Shown here in pieces: positions 8,547 to 18,401 of a DNA stretch of 64,000 bases. The stretch is from Escherichia phage RB3: the sequence record KM606994, one strand, 5' to 3'. Numbering within the stretch: the first letter of the stretch is position 1; every line of letters begins with the position of its first letter. The position numbers and the translations under genes are program-made. The notes below the pieces were generated by a model that had not been told where the DNA came from, ran no database searches, and was given only the letters and a program-made list of their open reading frames with translations.

Positions 8547-10356
8547 GTTTTACTCGTTTTACCATTTCTTTCATTTTACCTAAATTCCATGGGACAACGC
8601 TAGGAGTTCCAAGATATCCGCATGTTCTTCTTATTGTGTTCATCTTTTTGGGATCAGTTTCTCCACAAATAGAACAAACAAATCCGTTTTCAGTAGGAGT
8701 CATTTCATGGGTACTTCCGCATGTAAAACATTTATCTACTGGCATATTAACACCAAAATAATCTAAATGTTGTGCAGCATAATCCCATACGGCCTCAAGA
8801 CCCTTTAAGTTATTTTTCATATCAGGAAGTTCAACATAAGAAATGTGACCACCTGTCGCAATGAAATGATATGGCGCTTCACGAGAAATCTTTTCAAACG
8901 GAGTAATATTTTCTTCTACTGAAACATGGAAACTGTTAGTGTACCAACCTTTATCGGTAACATCTTTTACGCTTCCATATTTTTCTGTATCGAGTTTACA
9001 GAAGCGATAACAAAGGTTTTCAGCAGGAGTCGAATATAAACTAAAAGCAAATCCAGTTCTTTCAGTCCACTGTTTAAGATGAGCATTCATTTTAGTTAAA
9101 ATTTCCTGTCCAATATCACGACCGACAAGAATATTCAATTCATGAATACCAATGTATCCTAGGGACACTGAACTTCTACCGTTTTTAAATAACTCAATTA
9201 TGTCGTCATCAGGTTTAAGACGAACCCCGAATGCACCTTCTTGGTAAAGAATAGGAGCAACAGTAGCTTTAACTCCTTTTAAGGAACTAATTCTACACAT
9301 CAAGGCTTCAAAACACAGGTCCATTCGCTCATCAAACAATTCAGTAAATTTCTGTTCATTGAACTGTGTTCCAATATAAGAATCTAACGCGATGCGAGGA
9401 AGATTCAGTGTTACAACACCAAGATTATTACGTCCATCAAGAATTTCATTACCAGTCGAATCTTTCCATACGCTCAAGAAACTACGGCAACCCATTGGAG
9501 AAACAGGAACAGATGAACCAGTGATAGCTTTATTGTTCTTAGCTGAAATAATATCAGGATACATCCTTTTGCTTGCACACTCTAGAGCAAGCTGCTTAAT
9601 ATCATAGTTCGGATCGTCTTTGTAAAGATTAACGCCTTCTTCGACGAACATAACAAGCTTAGGAAAAATAGGAGTTATCCCATCACGACCGAGACCTTTA
9701 ATACGATTTTTCAGAATTGCTTTCTGAATCATTCGTTCAGTCCAGTCAGTTCCCGTACCAAATGTAATTGTTACAAAAGGAGTTTGTCCGTTTGAACTAA
9801 AGAGAGTATTTACTTCATATTCATAAGCTTGGAATGCATCGTATACGTCTTTTTCTGTTTTAGATTGAGCATAATTCAACGCATCGGCGATTTGCCATTT
9901 TTCTGCATCCTCAATATGTTTTGCATAGGTGCGTTTAACATAAGGAGAAAGTACTTTATCTACATTAGCAAAAGTCGTTCCGCCATATTGGTGAGAAGCA
10001 ACCTGTGCAGTAATTTGTGCCATAATTGCAGTAGCAACACCGATTGATTTAGGAGTTTCAATCTGCGCATTACCAAGCTTAAATCCGTTCTCAAGCATTC
10101 CTTTTAAATCTACTAAACAGCAATTAGTAAATGGAAGAGCAGGGGAATAATCAATATCATGGAAATGGATAATTCCGCTTTCATGCGCTTTCATAATAAA
10201 AGACGGGACCATATTTTTGGCAATGTGTTTAGACACAATACCAGCCATAAGGTCCCGTTGAGTTGGAAAAACACGAGAATCTTTATTAGCATTCTCGTTT
10301 AAAAGGTCTTTATTAGTTTTATGAATCAATCCTTCAATTTCTTTTTCAATTGTCAT
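8539..10356 (-). CDS. nrdD: Anaerobic ribonucleoside-triphosphate reductase
   Basis: 605 aa in one continuous ORF; C-terminal glycyl-radical motif RRTCGYLG and a Zn-ribbon cysteine set. Confidence 0.9.
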   Translation of the reverse strand: MTIEKEIEGLIHKTNKDLLNENANKDSRVFPTQRDLMAGIVSKHIAKNMVPSFIMKAHESGIIHFHDIDYSPALPFTNCCLVDLKGMLENGFKLGNAQIETPKSIGVATAIMAQITAQVASHQYGGTTFANVDKVLSPYVKRTYAKHIEDAEKWQIADALNYAQSKTEKDVYDAFQAYEYEVNTLFSSNGQTPFVTITFGTGTDWTERMIQKAILKNRIKGLGRDGITPIFPKLVMFVEEGVNLYKDDPNYDIKQLALECASKRMYPDIISAKNNKAITGSSVPVSPMGCRSFLSVWKDSTGNEILDGRNNLGVVTLNLPRIALDSYIGTQFNEQKFTELFDERMDLCFEALMCRISSLKGVKATVAPILYQEGAFGVRLKPDDDIIELFKNGRSSVSLGYIGIHELNILVGRDIGQEILTKMNAHLKQWTERTGFAFSLYSTPAENLCYRFCKLDTEKYGSVKDVTDKGWYTNSFHVSVEENITPFEKISREAPYHFIATGGHISYVELPDMKNNLKGLEAVWDYAAQHLDYFGVNMPVDKCFTCGSTHEMTPTENGFVCSICGETDPKKMNTIRRTCGYLGTPSVVPWNLGKMKEMVKRVKHA

Positions 10357-10826
10357 TTTAAACTCTTTCTAAGCTGCTTCTTAAATGAAGCTATTAACTG
10401 TGTTTTGGTGTCAGATTCATTATATTCAAATCCTCTTTGAAGCATCTCGGCCATCATTTCCTCTTTTCCTAAACGAGAAAATTCCTTTGATTTATCTCCA
10501 ACAAAGTTAGGGTGAATATTATTTTGGGTGTAATCGGATTTTAAATAAGTAAGTAAATTTTCTAACCATTCAAGATAATCAACACCTTGTCCCTTTAAGC
10601 CAGAACGATTAAATTTATGCTTCATTTGACCTTCTGCGGCATTGCAGAGATTACAAAGCAATCCACGCACCTTTCCTGCTTTTGGTCCATTTAATTCATG
10701 GTCATGGTCGAGGTGATTAGCTTGAACATCAGGATTTAGTTCTCGTTGGCAAATTAAGCATTTACCGTTTTGTGCATTATAAAATTTTTGTTTTTCTTCT
10801 TTGTATAATTTGCCAGTCAATAACAT
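10353..10826 (-). CDS. 49: Endonuclease VII (Holliday junction resolvase)
   Basis: 157 aa; sequence (MLLTGKLYKEEKQKFY...CLICQREL...HLDHDHE) matches my memory of T4 gp49. Confidence 0.9.
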   Translation of the reverse strand: MLLTGKLYKEEKQKFYNAQNGKCLICQRELNPDVQANHLDHDHELNGPKAGKVRGLLCNLCNAAEGQMKHKFNRSGLKGQGVDYLEWLENLLTYLKSDYTQNNIHPNFVGDKSKEFSRLGKEEMMAEMLQRGFEYNESDTKTQLIASFKKQLRKSLK

Positions 10827-10867
10827 AATAAACCCTTACCTTAAATAGATAAGGGTATTTATTATTT

Positions 10868-11371
10868 TCAAGTATTGTAAAACATTTGATTCAATCGCTT
10901 ATATTGCCGAATCTTTTGGTCAGAAAAAGAAATTTGGGTTTCAAGCCATTCAATATATTCTGCCGCAGCTTGCATCAAATTTCCTTCATAGCCATCGTTA
11001 TTTTCTTGTGCAGCTAATTTAGCTAATGCGTATGAAATACGTTCACCTTGAAAATCAGCTTTAGGCTTCTGAACAACTTGATTAGTTCTCTCTACAACTT
11101 CTTCAATTTCGCCATTTTCTACTGATTCAGTATTCCACAAGCACCAATACGTAATTGGCTTATCGTAGATGTTAATAATCTTTCCATCAGAAAGTTCAAT
11201 TTCAATAATTCCAGTGTCAGGCTCTATATCATCTTCACATTCTTTTGCGAGTTCACGAACTTTAAAGACAGTACCTGCACTAAGTTCCGGCCAGTAATTA
11301 CACAGCCCTGTATCAGCACGATTAATTCTAAACCACTTATCTACTGTAATCATGTCCCATCTCCATATCAA
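10868..11371 (-). CDS. Hypothetical protein at the pin position (possible protease-inhibitor homologue)
   Basis: 167-aa ORF between 49 and nrdC; assignment by synteny only. Confidence 0.4.
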   Translation of the reverse strand: MIWRWDMITVDKWFRINRADTGLCNYWPELSAGTVFKVRELAKECEDDIEPDTGIIEIELSDGKIINIYDKPITYWCLWNTESVENGEIEEVVERTNQVVQKPKADFQGERISYALAKLAAQENNDGYEGNLMQAAAEYIEWLETQISFSDQKIRQYKRLNQMFYNT

Positions 11372-11476
11372 TTAAGTCATTTATCGTTGGTTCATTATAT
11401 ACTGTTTCTTCATCAGTGTAAACCGGTTCTTCCGGCTCTGGCTCTACAGTTTCCCATCTAGCCGCCCACCAAGGTT

Positions 11477-11797
11477 TTATAGCGTAATCCATTCTCGTAC
11501 TGTCTGAGTTACTACACGTTCATGGGGCTCGACTAGTTCAACAGTCGGAACTGCATAATACCAGTCAGAATGATAAGAACCTGACCGAGATTCATTTACA
11601 GCCACATGTACATTATGTTTTGGACTAAAGTAAACACACTGACGATATTGACATTTACCATCTTGCACCCAGTCTTCTATTTCGACAGGTTTAAGATAAT
11701 CGGAAAAATCGAAATCATAGTTTTCCGAAAATGCATCATGGTCTTCAATGATTTCGCTCAGAACTGCATCAACATCTAATTTATTTTCAATAGTCAT
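11477..11797 (-). CDS. Hypothetical acidic protein
   Basis: 106-aa ORF. Confidence 0.5.
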   Translation of the reverse strand: MTIENKLDVDAVLSEIIEDHDAFSENYDFDFSDYLKPVEIEDWVQDGKCQYRQCVYFSPKHNVHVAVNESRSGSYHSDWYYAVPTVELVEPHERVVTQTVREWITL

Positions 11798-11981
11798 TTT
11801 TTCACCAATTAATTTCGCAATTTATTAAGTTCTTCATCATCAATCCAGGATTCTAGTCCTGATGGCAGGGCACATTCAATTTCCCAAAGAAGTTCTTCAA
11901 TTTTCTGAAGACGATCTAGTTCTTCGGCTGGAATAGTAACCATTGACGGAGCTCGTGATACATTAATATCGTAAATCATAT

Positions 11982-12197
11982 TTACCCCAATTTAACCATA
12001 CAATCGCCGTATTTCCACTTAGAAATAGACTTTTCACCATTAGAATAATAAACTTCGAGTTTAGCACGATTATTTTTAATTTGAATAACCTTGGCTGTCA
12101 TCAAAGTTCCATACCCATAATAAACTGCAACTTCATCACCTACATATACCGCGCTTCCGCGGTAATCATGAATATAGTCAGTTCCTTCGAGCATCAT
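11982..12197 (-). CDS. Hypothetical protein
   Basis: 71-aa ORF; start overlaps the nrdC stop. Confidence 0.45.
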   Translation of the reverse strand: MMLEGTDYIHDYRGSAVYVGDEVAVYYGYGTLMTAKVIQIKNNRAKLEVYYSNGEKSISKWKYGDCMVKLG

Positions 12198-12457
12198 TTA
12201 AAATATTCTCGCAGTTGGTCAAATCCACCAATATGACTTCCATCAGGAGCAAATACCTGGGGCATTGTCAAGCCGATTTGAGTATCACGACCTAGTTTAG
12301 TCAGAAGCTCAGCGATTTTCTCATCATCAAAAACACCTTTTTCCGGCATAATGTTGATAAATTCAAACGGCTGTTTCTTCACGGTCAAAAGACGTTTTGC
12401 ATTATCGCAATACACACATTTATGAATGTTGCTATCATAACCATATACTTTAAACAT
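12194..12457 (-). CDS. nrdC: Thioredoxin/glutaredoxin
   Basis: 87 aa with a CVYC redox motif; matches my memory of T4 NrdC. Confidence 0.85.
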   Translation of the reverse strand: MFKVYGYDSNIHKCVYCDNAKRLLTVKKQPFEFINIMPEKGVFDDEKIAELLTKLGRDTQIGLTMPQVFAPDGSHIGGFDQLREYFK

Positions 12458-12458
12458 A

Positions 12459-12701
12459 TTATTCCTTAATTCCTAGTACTTGTTTAAAAGTCTCGTCGTA
12501 ATCAAGACTTTGGCCCGTTTGTTCTTTATGTTTGTATATAATATCACTTACTTCTGATAGCATATTTTTATATGAACGAGTTAAAGCAGATTTAAGCACG
12601 CTGTATCTATCAGGAAATTTACCATGTTCATTATAATAAGCTATTGCTAATTCACGGACTGCCTTTTCAGCAGTCTCCATATATTCTTTACGCTTTGTCA
12701 T
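12459..12701 (-). CDS. Hypothetical protein
   Basis: ORF trimmed to the internal Met ([13 protein letters not shown]...); the longer N-terminal reading overlaps the next gene. Confidence 0.45.
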
Positions 12702-13002
12702 TTTCTTCTCGGTCAAATCGGTGTTTACAATGGCGACATTTATAACGAAGATTATTAGTCTGCCAATGGACCAATTGCACCTGTTCAGTTCCACATTCAG
12801 GGCAATTAGGAACGTTTTTAGAAGCACGTTCGCGGCGTTCAACCATGACCATTACAGAATCCCAATTAATAGGGCTGCTGTAATCATCACAACCATGAAT
12901 CTTTCCACGCATTTCTAGATCGTCTTCTTCACCAGCCATAATAATTTTAATTAGACTAGAATTACTTGAAGCTGCAATGTCTTCTAATAGACGCTTTTTC
13001 AT
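12688..13002 (-). CDS. Zn-ribbon protein
   Basis: 104 aa with CPECG...CRHC cysteine pairs. Confidence 0.5.
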
Positions 13003-13928
13003 TTCAATACCTCAATAGCATTACGTAAACCATTTGCTTTTGCATTAAGAGCTTTTAACAATTTGGTGTGTTCTGCAATTTGGGCTTCAACTTCAGTCAA
13101 ACGGGCATTGAGATATTCACGTTCTTCACTCAGATTATCAACCTTTTCTACTTTAGGCTCTTTTACAACTGTCTTATATGTATTAGGGTTCTTCAGTTTA
13201 ATTAGAATGCGTGAACTGTATAACATTGAACCATTATCTTCGGTTTCGTCATACATTTCCACTACGTCCATAATTTTTAACATCATGCGGAGTTTATAAG
13301 ACAACGAACGAATAGTTTTGTTGTGCTTATTAATTTCTTTAGCTGTCATGGTGCCAAGATTACGTGAGTAATAATAAGGAACCTGGATATTAATTAATAC
13401 TGATGAACCACCTGGCTTGTGTGTTACTTCATCAGCAATAACCCAGTCCTTAACATGAACTGTATTTGTACGGTCATCGCCTGCAGTAAACAGCTTGCGA
13501 GCATGCTTAAAAAGCATATTCACTTGGTCATTGAATTGACAAGCAAATTTATCAGCAAATTTAGTTTCAGGAATGGTAGATAACCAATCAGCCAAATGGG
13601 TCTTTTTAACATCGTTAACAATAGTAAATTGAACCAAATCGGTTATAGATGTCGCAGATTTAATGAAGCTCGGCTTCATAAAGTTTTTAATGTTATCACG
13701 AGCTACAGTAGAAGATAACATACGAGAACGTTTAAACCATTCAAGCAAATTGCCTAACGAATGAGAATAAGCGTTTTGAGTATCTTTACAGATATGATTT
13801 TCCTGACCAACATATTGAAGGAAATCACGAAGAATATTATTGATTACTGCTCTGTGCCCGATCTGATAATTACGGTGTTTAGTAATAAGACTATCAAAAT
13901 AATCAATATAATGTTTACGAGTTTTCAT
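12999..13928 (-). CDS. Paralog family member A: globular domain plus C-terminal coiled coil
   Basis: 309 aa; shares the motif L..K(I/Y)MDVV with the next three genes; C-terminal heptad-like tail. Confidence 0.6.
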   Translation of the reverse strand: MKTRKHYIDYFDSLITKHRNYQIGHRAVINNILRDFLQYVGQENHICKDTQNAYSHSLGNLLEWFKRSRMLSSTVARDNIKNFMKPSFIKSATSITDLVQFTIVNDVKKTHLADWLSTIPETKFADKFACQFNDQVNMLFKHARKLFTAGDDRTNTVHVKDWVIADEVTHKPGGSSVLINIQVPYYYSRNLGTMTAKEINKHNKTIRSLSYKLRMMLKIMDVVEMYDETEDNGSMLYSSRILIKLKNPNTYKTVVKEPKVEKVDNLSEEREYLNARLTEVEAQIAEHTKLLKALNAKANGLRNAIEVLK

Positions 13929-13980
13929 GTTCTTCTCACTTGGTTAATGATTTATGCTCCGAGCCATCCTTGGCTTTAAA

Positions 13981-14982
13981 TTACTTAATTAACTGTAAAG
14001 CTTGTTCCAAACGATCAAGACGATTAACAGATTCTTCCCAAATCTTTTTAGCCTGCTCATATTCTTTCTGCGCTTTATTAGAAATTTCTAGAACTTCCTT
14101 ATAAGCTTTTTCTAGTGCAATAACTTCTGGACGAATTTCTATCGGTTCAGGTGAATCGTCAAGACATTCCATTAGTTCCTCAAGGGTAGTTTCTTCTTTA
14201 GGAGTATTCACAATTTCATCACATTTTTGTTGGTAAATTTCTTTATCAGTAGGTGAATAAGCACATTTCACTTCACGAAGGCTAATTACGAGTTTATATC
14301 CTTCCCAACCACCCATATTTTTGAAAGGATATGTATGAATACTTTTTACAGTTTCCATACAATCCAAAGCCGTCTCTAATTGACGAGTTATAGTGCTAGC
14401 AATTGAGAAAAATTTATTAATATTCTTTTGGTTAGCTTCTGGTGTAAAAAATTCGTAATTCACAAAAATAGCTACTTTATTTTTATCAAGCTCATATTCT
14501 TTTACGATAATCATATCAGAAGCCAAAGGATGAATTTGACGATAATCGCCATAACATAATTTAGAAGCTGATTTTAGAATTTGTCCTTTAAAAAGTCTGA
14601 AATTACTAATCCAACGACGAGTAAAAATATTCTTAGGGTCTTCTTTGATATTAAGATGATAAGAATTAACATCACCGAACCAATTGTATCCTATTACACC
14701 TTTAGTTCGTTTAATTTCTTTCCCAAAATTACCAAGAATATCCCGATTAACCAAATATGAAAGAAGACGAGACCCTTTAAAGATTATCTTAATATCATCT
14801 TTATCTACACGGCTAGAAATTTCACGAACTTCATGAATAAATTTACTGGAAGAAACAATACTTGCATCAATACTGCTGAGCCATTGATTGATAATAGAAA
14901 GAACAGCGTTCTGACTAGACATGGGTTTAACTTTATCATCAATAACGCTATTGAATGATTTGATATATTCGTTACGAGTCAT
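13981..14982 (-). CDS. Paralog family member B
   Basis: Start at internal Met (MTRNEY) because the first ATG lies inside the promoter; segment RWISNFRLFKGQILKSASKL resembles member C; coiled-coil tail. Confidence 0.6.
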   Translation of the reverse strand: MTRNEYIKSFNSVIDDKVKPMSSQNAVLSIINQWLSSIDASIVSSSKFIHEVREISSRVDKDDIKIIFKGSRLLSYLVNRDILGNFGKEIKRTKGVIGYNWFGDVNSYHLNIKEDPKNIFTRRWISNFRLFKGQILKSASKLCYGDYRQIHPLASDMIIVKEYELDKNKVAIFVNYEFFTPEANQKNINKFFSIASTITRQLETALDCMETVKSIHTYPFKNMGGWEGYKLVISLREVKCAYSPTDKEIYQQKCDEIVNTPKEETTLEELMECLDDSPEPIEIRPEVIALEKAYKEVLEISNKAQKEYEQAKKIWEESVNRLDRLEQALQLIK

Positions 14983-15010
14983 AATAATCTCCTCAGTAGA
15001 AAGTAAGAAC

Positions 15011-15040
15011 ATTATACCACATCCTTGTGGTAAAGTAAAC
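15011..15040 (-). promoter_or_regulatory. T4-type early promoter
   Basis: Minus strand reads GTTTAC-spacer-TGGTATAAT. Confidence 0.6.
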
Positions 15041-16062
15041 TAGTTCAGTGCATTTAGTGCATTGCTCAGTTTAGAACGTTGCTTCGTGAGATTTTTGACT
15101 TTTTCTTGTGCTTTTTCTAGCATCTTTTCAGCTTCTAACACTTCATTAGTTGCTTTAACGAGTTCATCATCTACTGCCTTGATAGACTTCTCAATCGCAT
15201 CCGCGTGCCATTTTTCAACAGGTTTAAGACTCGGATTTTCAACAGGAAGAAAATTCACTTTATTGAATTTCCATGCATCTTTATTACCTGAGCTATACAT
15301 CCAAAATTTAGGATCGTTTGATAAGTAATTGGATAAATTTAAGTTATCTTGCACTTCCTGCTTTTTCTCTTGCGGGACTTCGTCCTTTCTCAAAAAATCG
15401 TATTTAAATGAAACGATCATATCAAGTTCATATGTTGTTGTATGTTCCCAATTTCGCTCAAAACGAGGTAAAATCTTAGATTGAACAGCAGCAACAACAT
15501 CCATATACTTAAATGCTTCTGTCAACTGCGATTTAAGGCATTCACAAATTGAAAGAGAATTTTTTGTATTAGGTTTAAAGCTAATTCGCGCAGTTCTATT
15601 ATTTTCTTTTAATGGTCTTACTTCCATCTGAAGAGTATAACCATCAAATTTCAGGTTCTTTAAGTTAATATCAGAGCCTTTTAATCGACTAGCAGTAGAC
15701 AAAATTTGCTTTAATTGTTTACGGAATAGAGCAATAAATCTCCATTCAATACGATAATGATTTGGATTGAAAAATCCAGATGATAAATCGACCTTACTTT
15801 GACCAACGCCTTGAACAATCAAAGGATTTTTATAATCAATAGTTTTACAGAAATCGGTGAGCTGTTCACGAGCAGTCATTTGTGTAATATACCCTGCTTT
15901 ACTAAAATTACGCACCCATTCACTGCTATTCGTATACTTAAAGTGATGAATAACACGATTAACTTTATCAGGGTCTAAATTATTTTCACACAAAAATGTC
16001 ATAACATCACGAGTATAGCTGGCATTACGAACCATATCTTCAATTTGAGAACGAGTTTTCAT
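15040..16062 (-). CDS. Paralog family member C
   Basis: 340 aa; RFIALFRKQLKQILSTASRL and KYMDVVAAV motifs; C-terminal coiled coil. Confidence 0.6.
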   Translation of the reverse strand: MKTRSQIEDMVRNASYTRDVMTFLCENNLDPDKVNRVIHHFKYTNSSEWVRNFSKAGYITQMTAREQLTDFCKTIDYKNPLIVQGVGQSKVDLSSGFFNPNHYRIEWRFIALFRKQLKQILSTASRLKGSDINLKNLKFDGYTLQMEVRPLKENNRTARISFKPNTKNSLSICECLKSQLTEAFKYMDVVAAVQSKILPRFERNWEHTTTYELDMIVSFKYDFLRKDEVPQEKKQEVQDNLNLSNYLSNDPKFWMYSSGNKDAWKFNKVNFLPVENPSLKPVEKWHADAIEKSIKAVDDELVKATNEVLEAEKMLEKAQEKVKNLTKQRSKLSNALNALN

Positions 16063-16070
16063 GGTGTTCC

Positions 16071-16979
16071 TTAAGATTTAAGTAAATCAACAATTTTAAT
16101 TAACTTTTCACGCTCAGATTTAGCTTTACTACTCAGTCCAGATAGTCTGAAAATTTCATCATCATATTGCTGAATAGAAATATTCAGCTCTTCAATCTGC
16201 TTATTAAAATAATCAATTTGTTCAGAATGTTTTTCGTTACTACGAACTGGTACAGGTTTTGTAGGTAATTTAGATGAACTGGATTCATCCGGGCGATAAA
16301 TTAAAATACAACTTGAACCAATTGGACATTTTGCACCAGATGAATATTCTAATGTTCCGGCTTCTTTTAAAACTTCAAAAGCTAAACAGAGATGATGCCC
16401 CATATTAACATAATCAGTAGAGCGAGCTCTGACGTAATAATCATCTCCACGAGTACTAAATTTAAAGCATTTAAGGTCTTCTGTATTATTGGTCTTAAAA
16501 ATCATTTGTTTATCTAGACCTTTAGCTAATCGAGCGCCTAATGCTAATAATCGTCGTTGATTTTCCCACAAATCCGCAATCATTTGATCGAATGATAATT
16601 TCGGCATTAGTCGACCATAAAGGTCATATCCTTTATTATAATTGCGAAGGATTTCACTCGCATTAATACGAGACAACGCTCCAATTTTATTAAGGGCTTT
16701 CATGATGCGATTAGATAAACCCATTCCAGACCCGTTTGTTCGTTGTAAATGTTTATCTAATCCAAACCCAATATCAACTTTAAATTTATCTAAAATTTCA
16801 GCATGAACATCTCTGTCAATAACATTCAAATCCAAAGTTGGGTTAAATCTATGAAAAAATTTATCTGGCTCTCCACGACGAAGTACAGTCCATTCATTCA
16901 ATTTTTTATTAACTAAAGATTTAATTACTGCATTGACATTATTAATTACTACTGACATATTTTCCTCACTCAATTTCAA
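16071..16979 (-). CDS. Paralog family member D (more divergent)
   Basis: 302 aa; weaker LCLAFEVLKEAG motif and a C-terminal coiled coil; start overlaps the upstream membrane-protein gene. Confidence 0.55.
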   Translation of the reverse strand: MKLSEENMSVVINNVNAVIKSLVNKKLNEWTVLRRGEPDKFFHRFNPTLDLNVIDRDVHAEILDKFKVDIGFGLDKHLQRTNGSGMGLSNRIMKALNKIGALSRINASEILRNYNKGYDLYGRLMPKLSFDQMIADLWENQRRLLALGARLAKGLDKQMIFKTNNTEDLKCFKFSTRGDDYYVRARSTDYVNMGHHLCLAFEVLKEAGTLEYSSGAKCPIGSSCILIYRPDESSSSKLPTKPVPVRSNEKHSEQIDYFNKQIEELNISIQQYDDEIFRLSGLSSKAKSEREKLIKIVDLLKS

Positions 16980-17373
16980 TTTTACTAAATACGCAGAATA
17001 TGATGGAAAAGACTATATAAGCACCGCATACAGATTGAACTAATACCATTCCAAAGAACCAAACAATATTATCAAACAATGTCTGTTTTACGTCGAAAGG
17101 ACGTAAACTTACAATAATATTATCACCTTTTTCTATTGAAGAATACATCTCTGGTGAAATATATTCGCTAAATCTATAACCGTCATTTAGTTCATATACG
17201 GCAATAAACGATAAACTAGACCCCTTTCCTTGAGTTCCTGTAAGGGTATTAACTACAGTAACATCATAATCTTTATAATGCATATAATCATTAATAGCAT
17301 AATAACCATATGCAACTACTACACATAAACAGCATATCAATAAATTCAATCTTTTAATTATCAACTGTTTCAT
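16966..17373 (-). CDS. Small membrane protein with two hydrophobic segments
   Basis: 135 aa; hydrophobic N- and C-terminal helices; translationally coupled to member D. Confidence 0.55.
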   Translation of the reverse strand: MKQLIIKRLNLLICCLCVVVAYGYYAINDYMHYKDYDVTVVNTLTGTQGKGSSLSFIAVYELNDGYRFSEYISPEMYSSIEKGDNIIVSLRPFDVKQTLFDNIVWFFGMVLVQSVCGAYIVFSIIFCVFSKIEIE

Positions 17374-17401
17374 AATAATCTCAATTAAAAGGGCTTAGAA
17401 C

Positions 17402-17440
17402 CATTATACCATCCTTGGTATAAAGCGGTTATGCGAGTAC
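17402..17440 (-). promoter_or_regulatory. Early promoter with a strong extended -10
   Basis: Minus strand TGGTATAAT with a weak -35. Confidence 0.4.
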
Positions 17441-17956
17441 CGTCTTTAACCGTTCTTCAAACTTCCGAAGAGTATTCTGGCGTTCAGCTCTTTGCTTTTT
17501 ATAAGTTTCAATACGCTCTGAAATGAGAGTGCATCGTTCATTTACTGATTCTTTCATAAAATCAGGAATTTCACGAGAAGCTTTAATCTCATCAAATTTA
17601 TCAATAACAGCTTGCTCTTCAGCAATTAAGTTATCATACATCAAAATATCTTTCTTGATGAACTCAATATCTTCTTGAGTTACACGAGATAACTTAGATG
17701 CTTTATCCTTTTTGTACTGTTCGTTAGTATCACGAGACCAATGTAATGTACGATTTTTATTCGTATTCTTGTAAATTTCTACGATACCAATCTCATCAAT
17801 AATAACGATCCAATTCCAACGGGATTTGTAAATTTGTCCTCCATCAACCGTGATTTCACCACCGATTGAGACATCATTAAAGAACTTGCTTTGAGCTTCA
17901 GATTTAAATTTACCATCGTTGTAATTTACCAGGTTGAAAATATCTTTAGCGTTCAT
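17429..17956 (-). CDS. Hypothetical protein with C-terminal coiled coil
   Basis: 175-aa ORF with its own promoter; C-terminal heptad-like tail. Confidence 0.55.
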   Translation of the reverse strand: MNAKDIFNLVNYNDGKFKSEAQSKFFNDVSIGGEITVDGGQIYKSRWNWIVIIDEIGIVEIYKNTNKNRTLHWSRDTNEQYKKDKASKLSRVTQEDIEFIKKDILMYDNLIAEEQAVIDKFDEIKASREIPDFMKESVNERCTLISERIETYKKQRAERQNTLRKFEERLKTVLA

Positions 17957-17969
17957 TTTGTGTTCCTCC

Positions 17970-18014
17970 GTAGTTGATAGTTGTATAGTACCACAGAGGA
18001 ACAGTCTTGTAAAC
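17970..18014 (-). promoter_or_regulatory. Early promoter cassette
   Basis: Minus strand GTTTACA-16 nt-TGGTACTATAC followed by the conserved box AACTATCAACTAC. Confidence 0.6.
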
Positions 18015-18016
18015 CA

Positions 18017-18331
18017 CTAAAAGAAACTTCTTTCACAATTTTTTCCACTGAACCATGCGCTCACTGCTTTCTTAGTCTCAGGAGCAGTGTTATCCATAAA
18101 CCATTCAAAGGCAGCCTTTTTATGATTCTGGAGGGCTTCTCGGGCTTTAATCTGCTCACGGTCTATTAACACTAACATATGAGCCTTTCTTGTCACCAGG
18201 GGCTTCTTATGATTTTTTGAATATTCCCAATCATTTGTCCATCGCATCGTTGTTGCGAACTGGAATACAGCTTCTTTAATCTTAGTTTCGTAAATTTCAC
18301 GAGCCTTTGAGTATAACATCATTACCTCCAT
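18017..18331 (-). CDS. Hypothetical protein
   Basis: 104-aa ORF. Confidence 0.5.
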   Translation of the reverse strand: MEVMMLYSKAREIYETKIKEAVFQFATTMRWTNDWEYSKNHKKPLVTRKAHMLVLIDREQIKAREALQNHKKAAFEWFMDNTAPETKKAVSAWFSGKNCERSFF

Positions 18332-18401
18332 TTACCAGTTTAATTCTAGTCATCTTTTTGATGACAGTCCATATAATCTATTTCTGAACTGCCTTTTTGT
18401 C

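Noticed and set aside
8539-10356. Group I intron within nrdD
   Set aside because: nrdD is a single uninterrupted 605-codon ORF, so no intron is present in this genome; the nearby endonuclease gene is free-standing.
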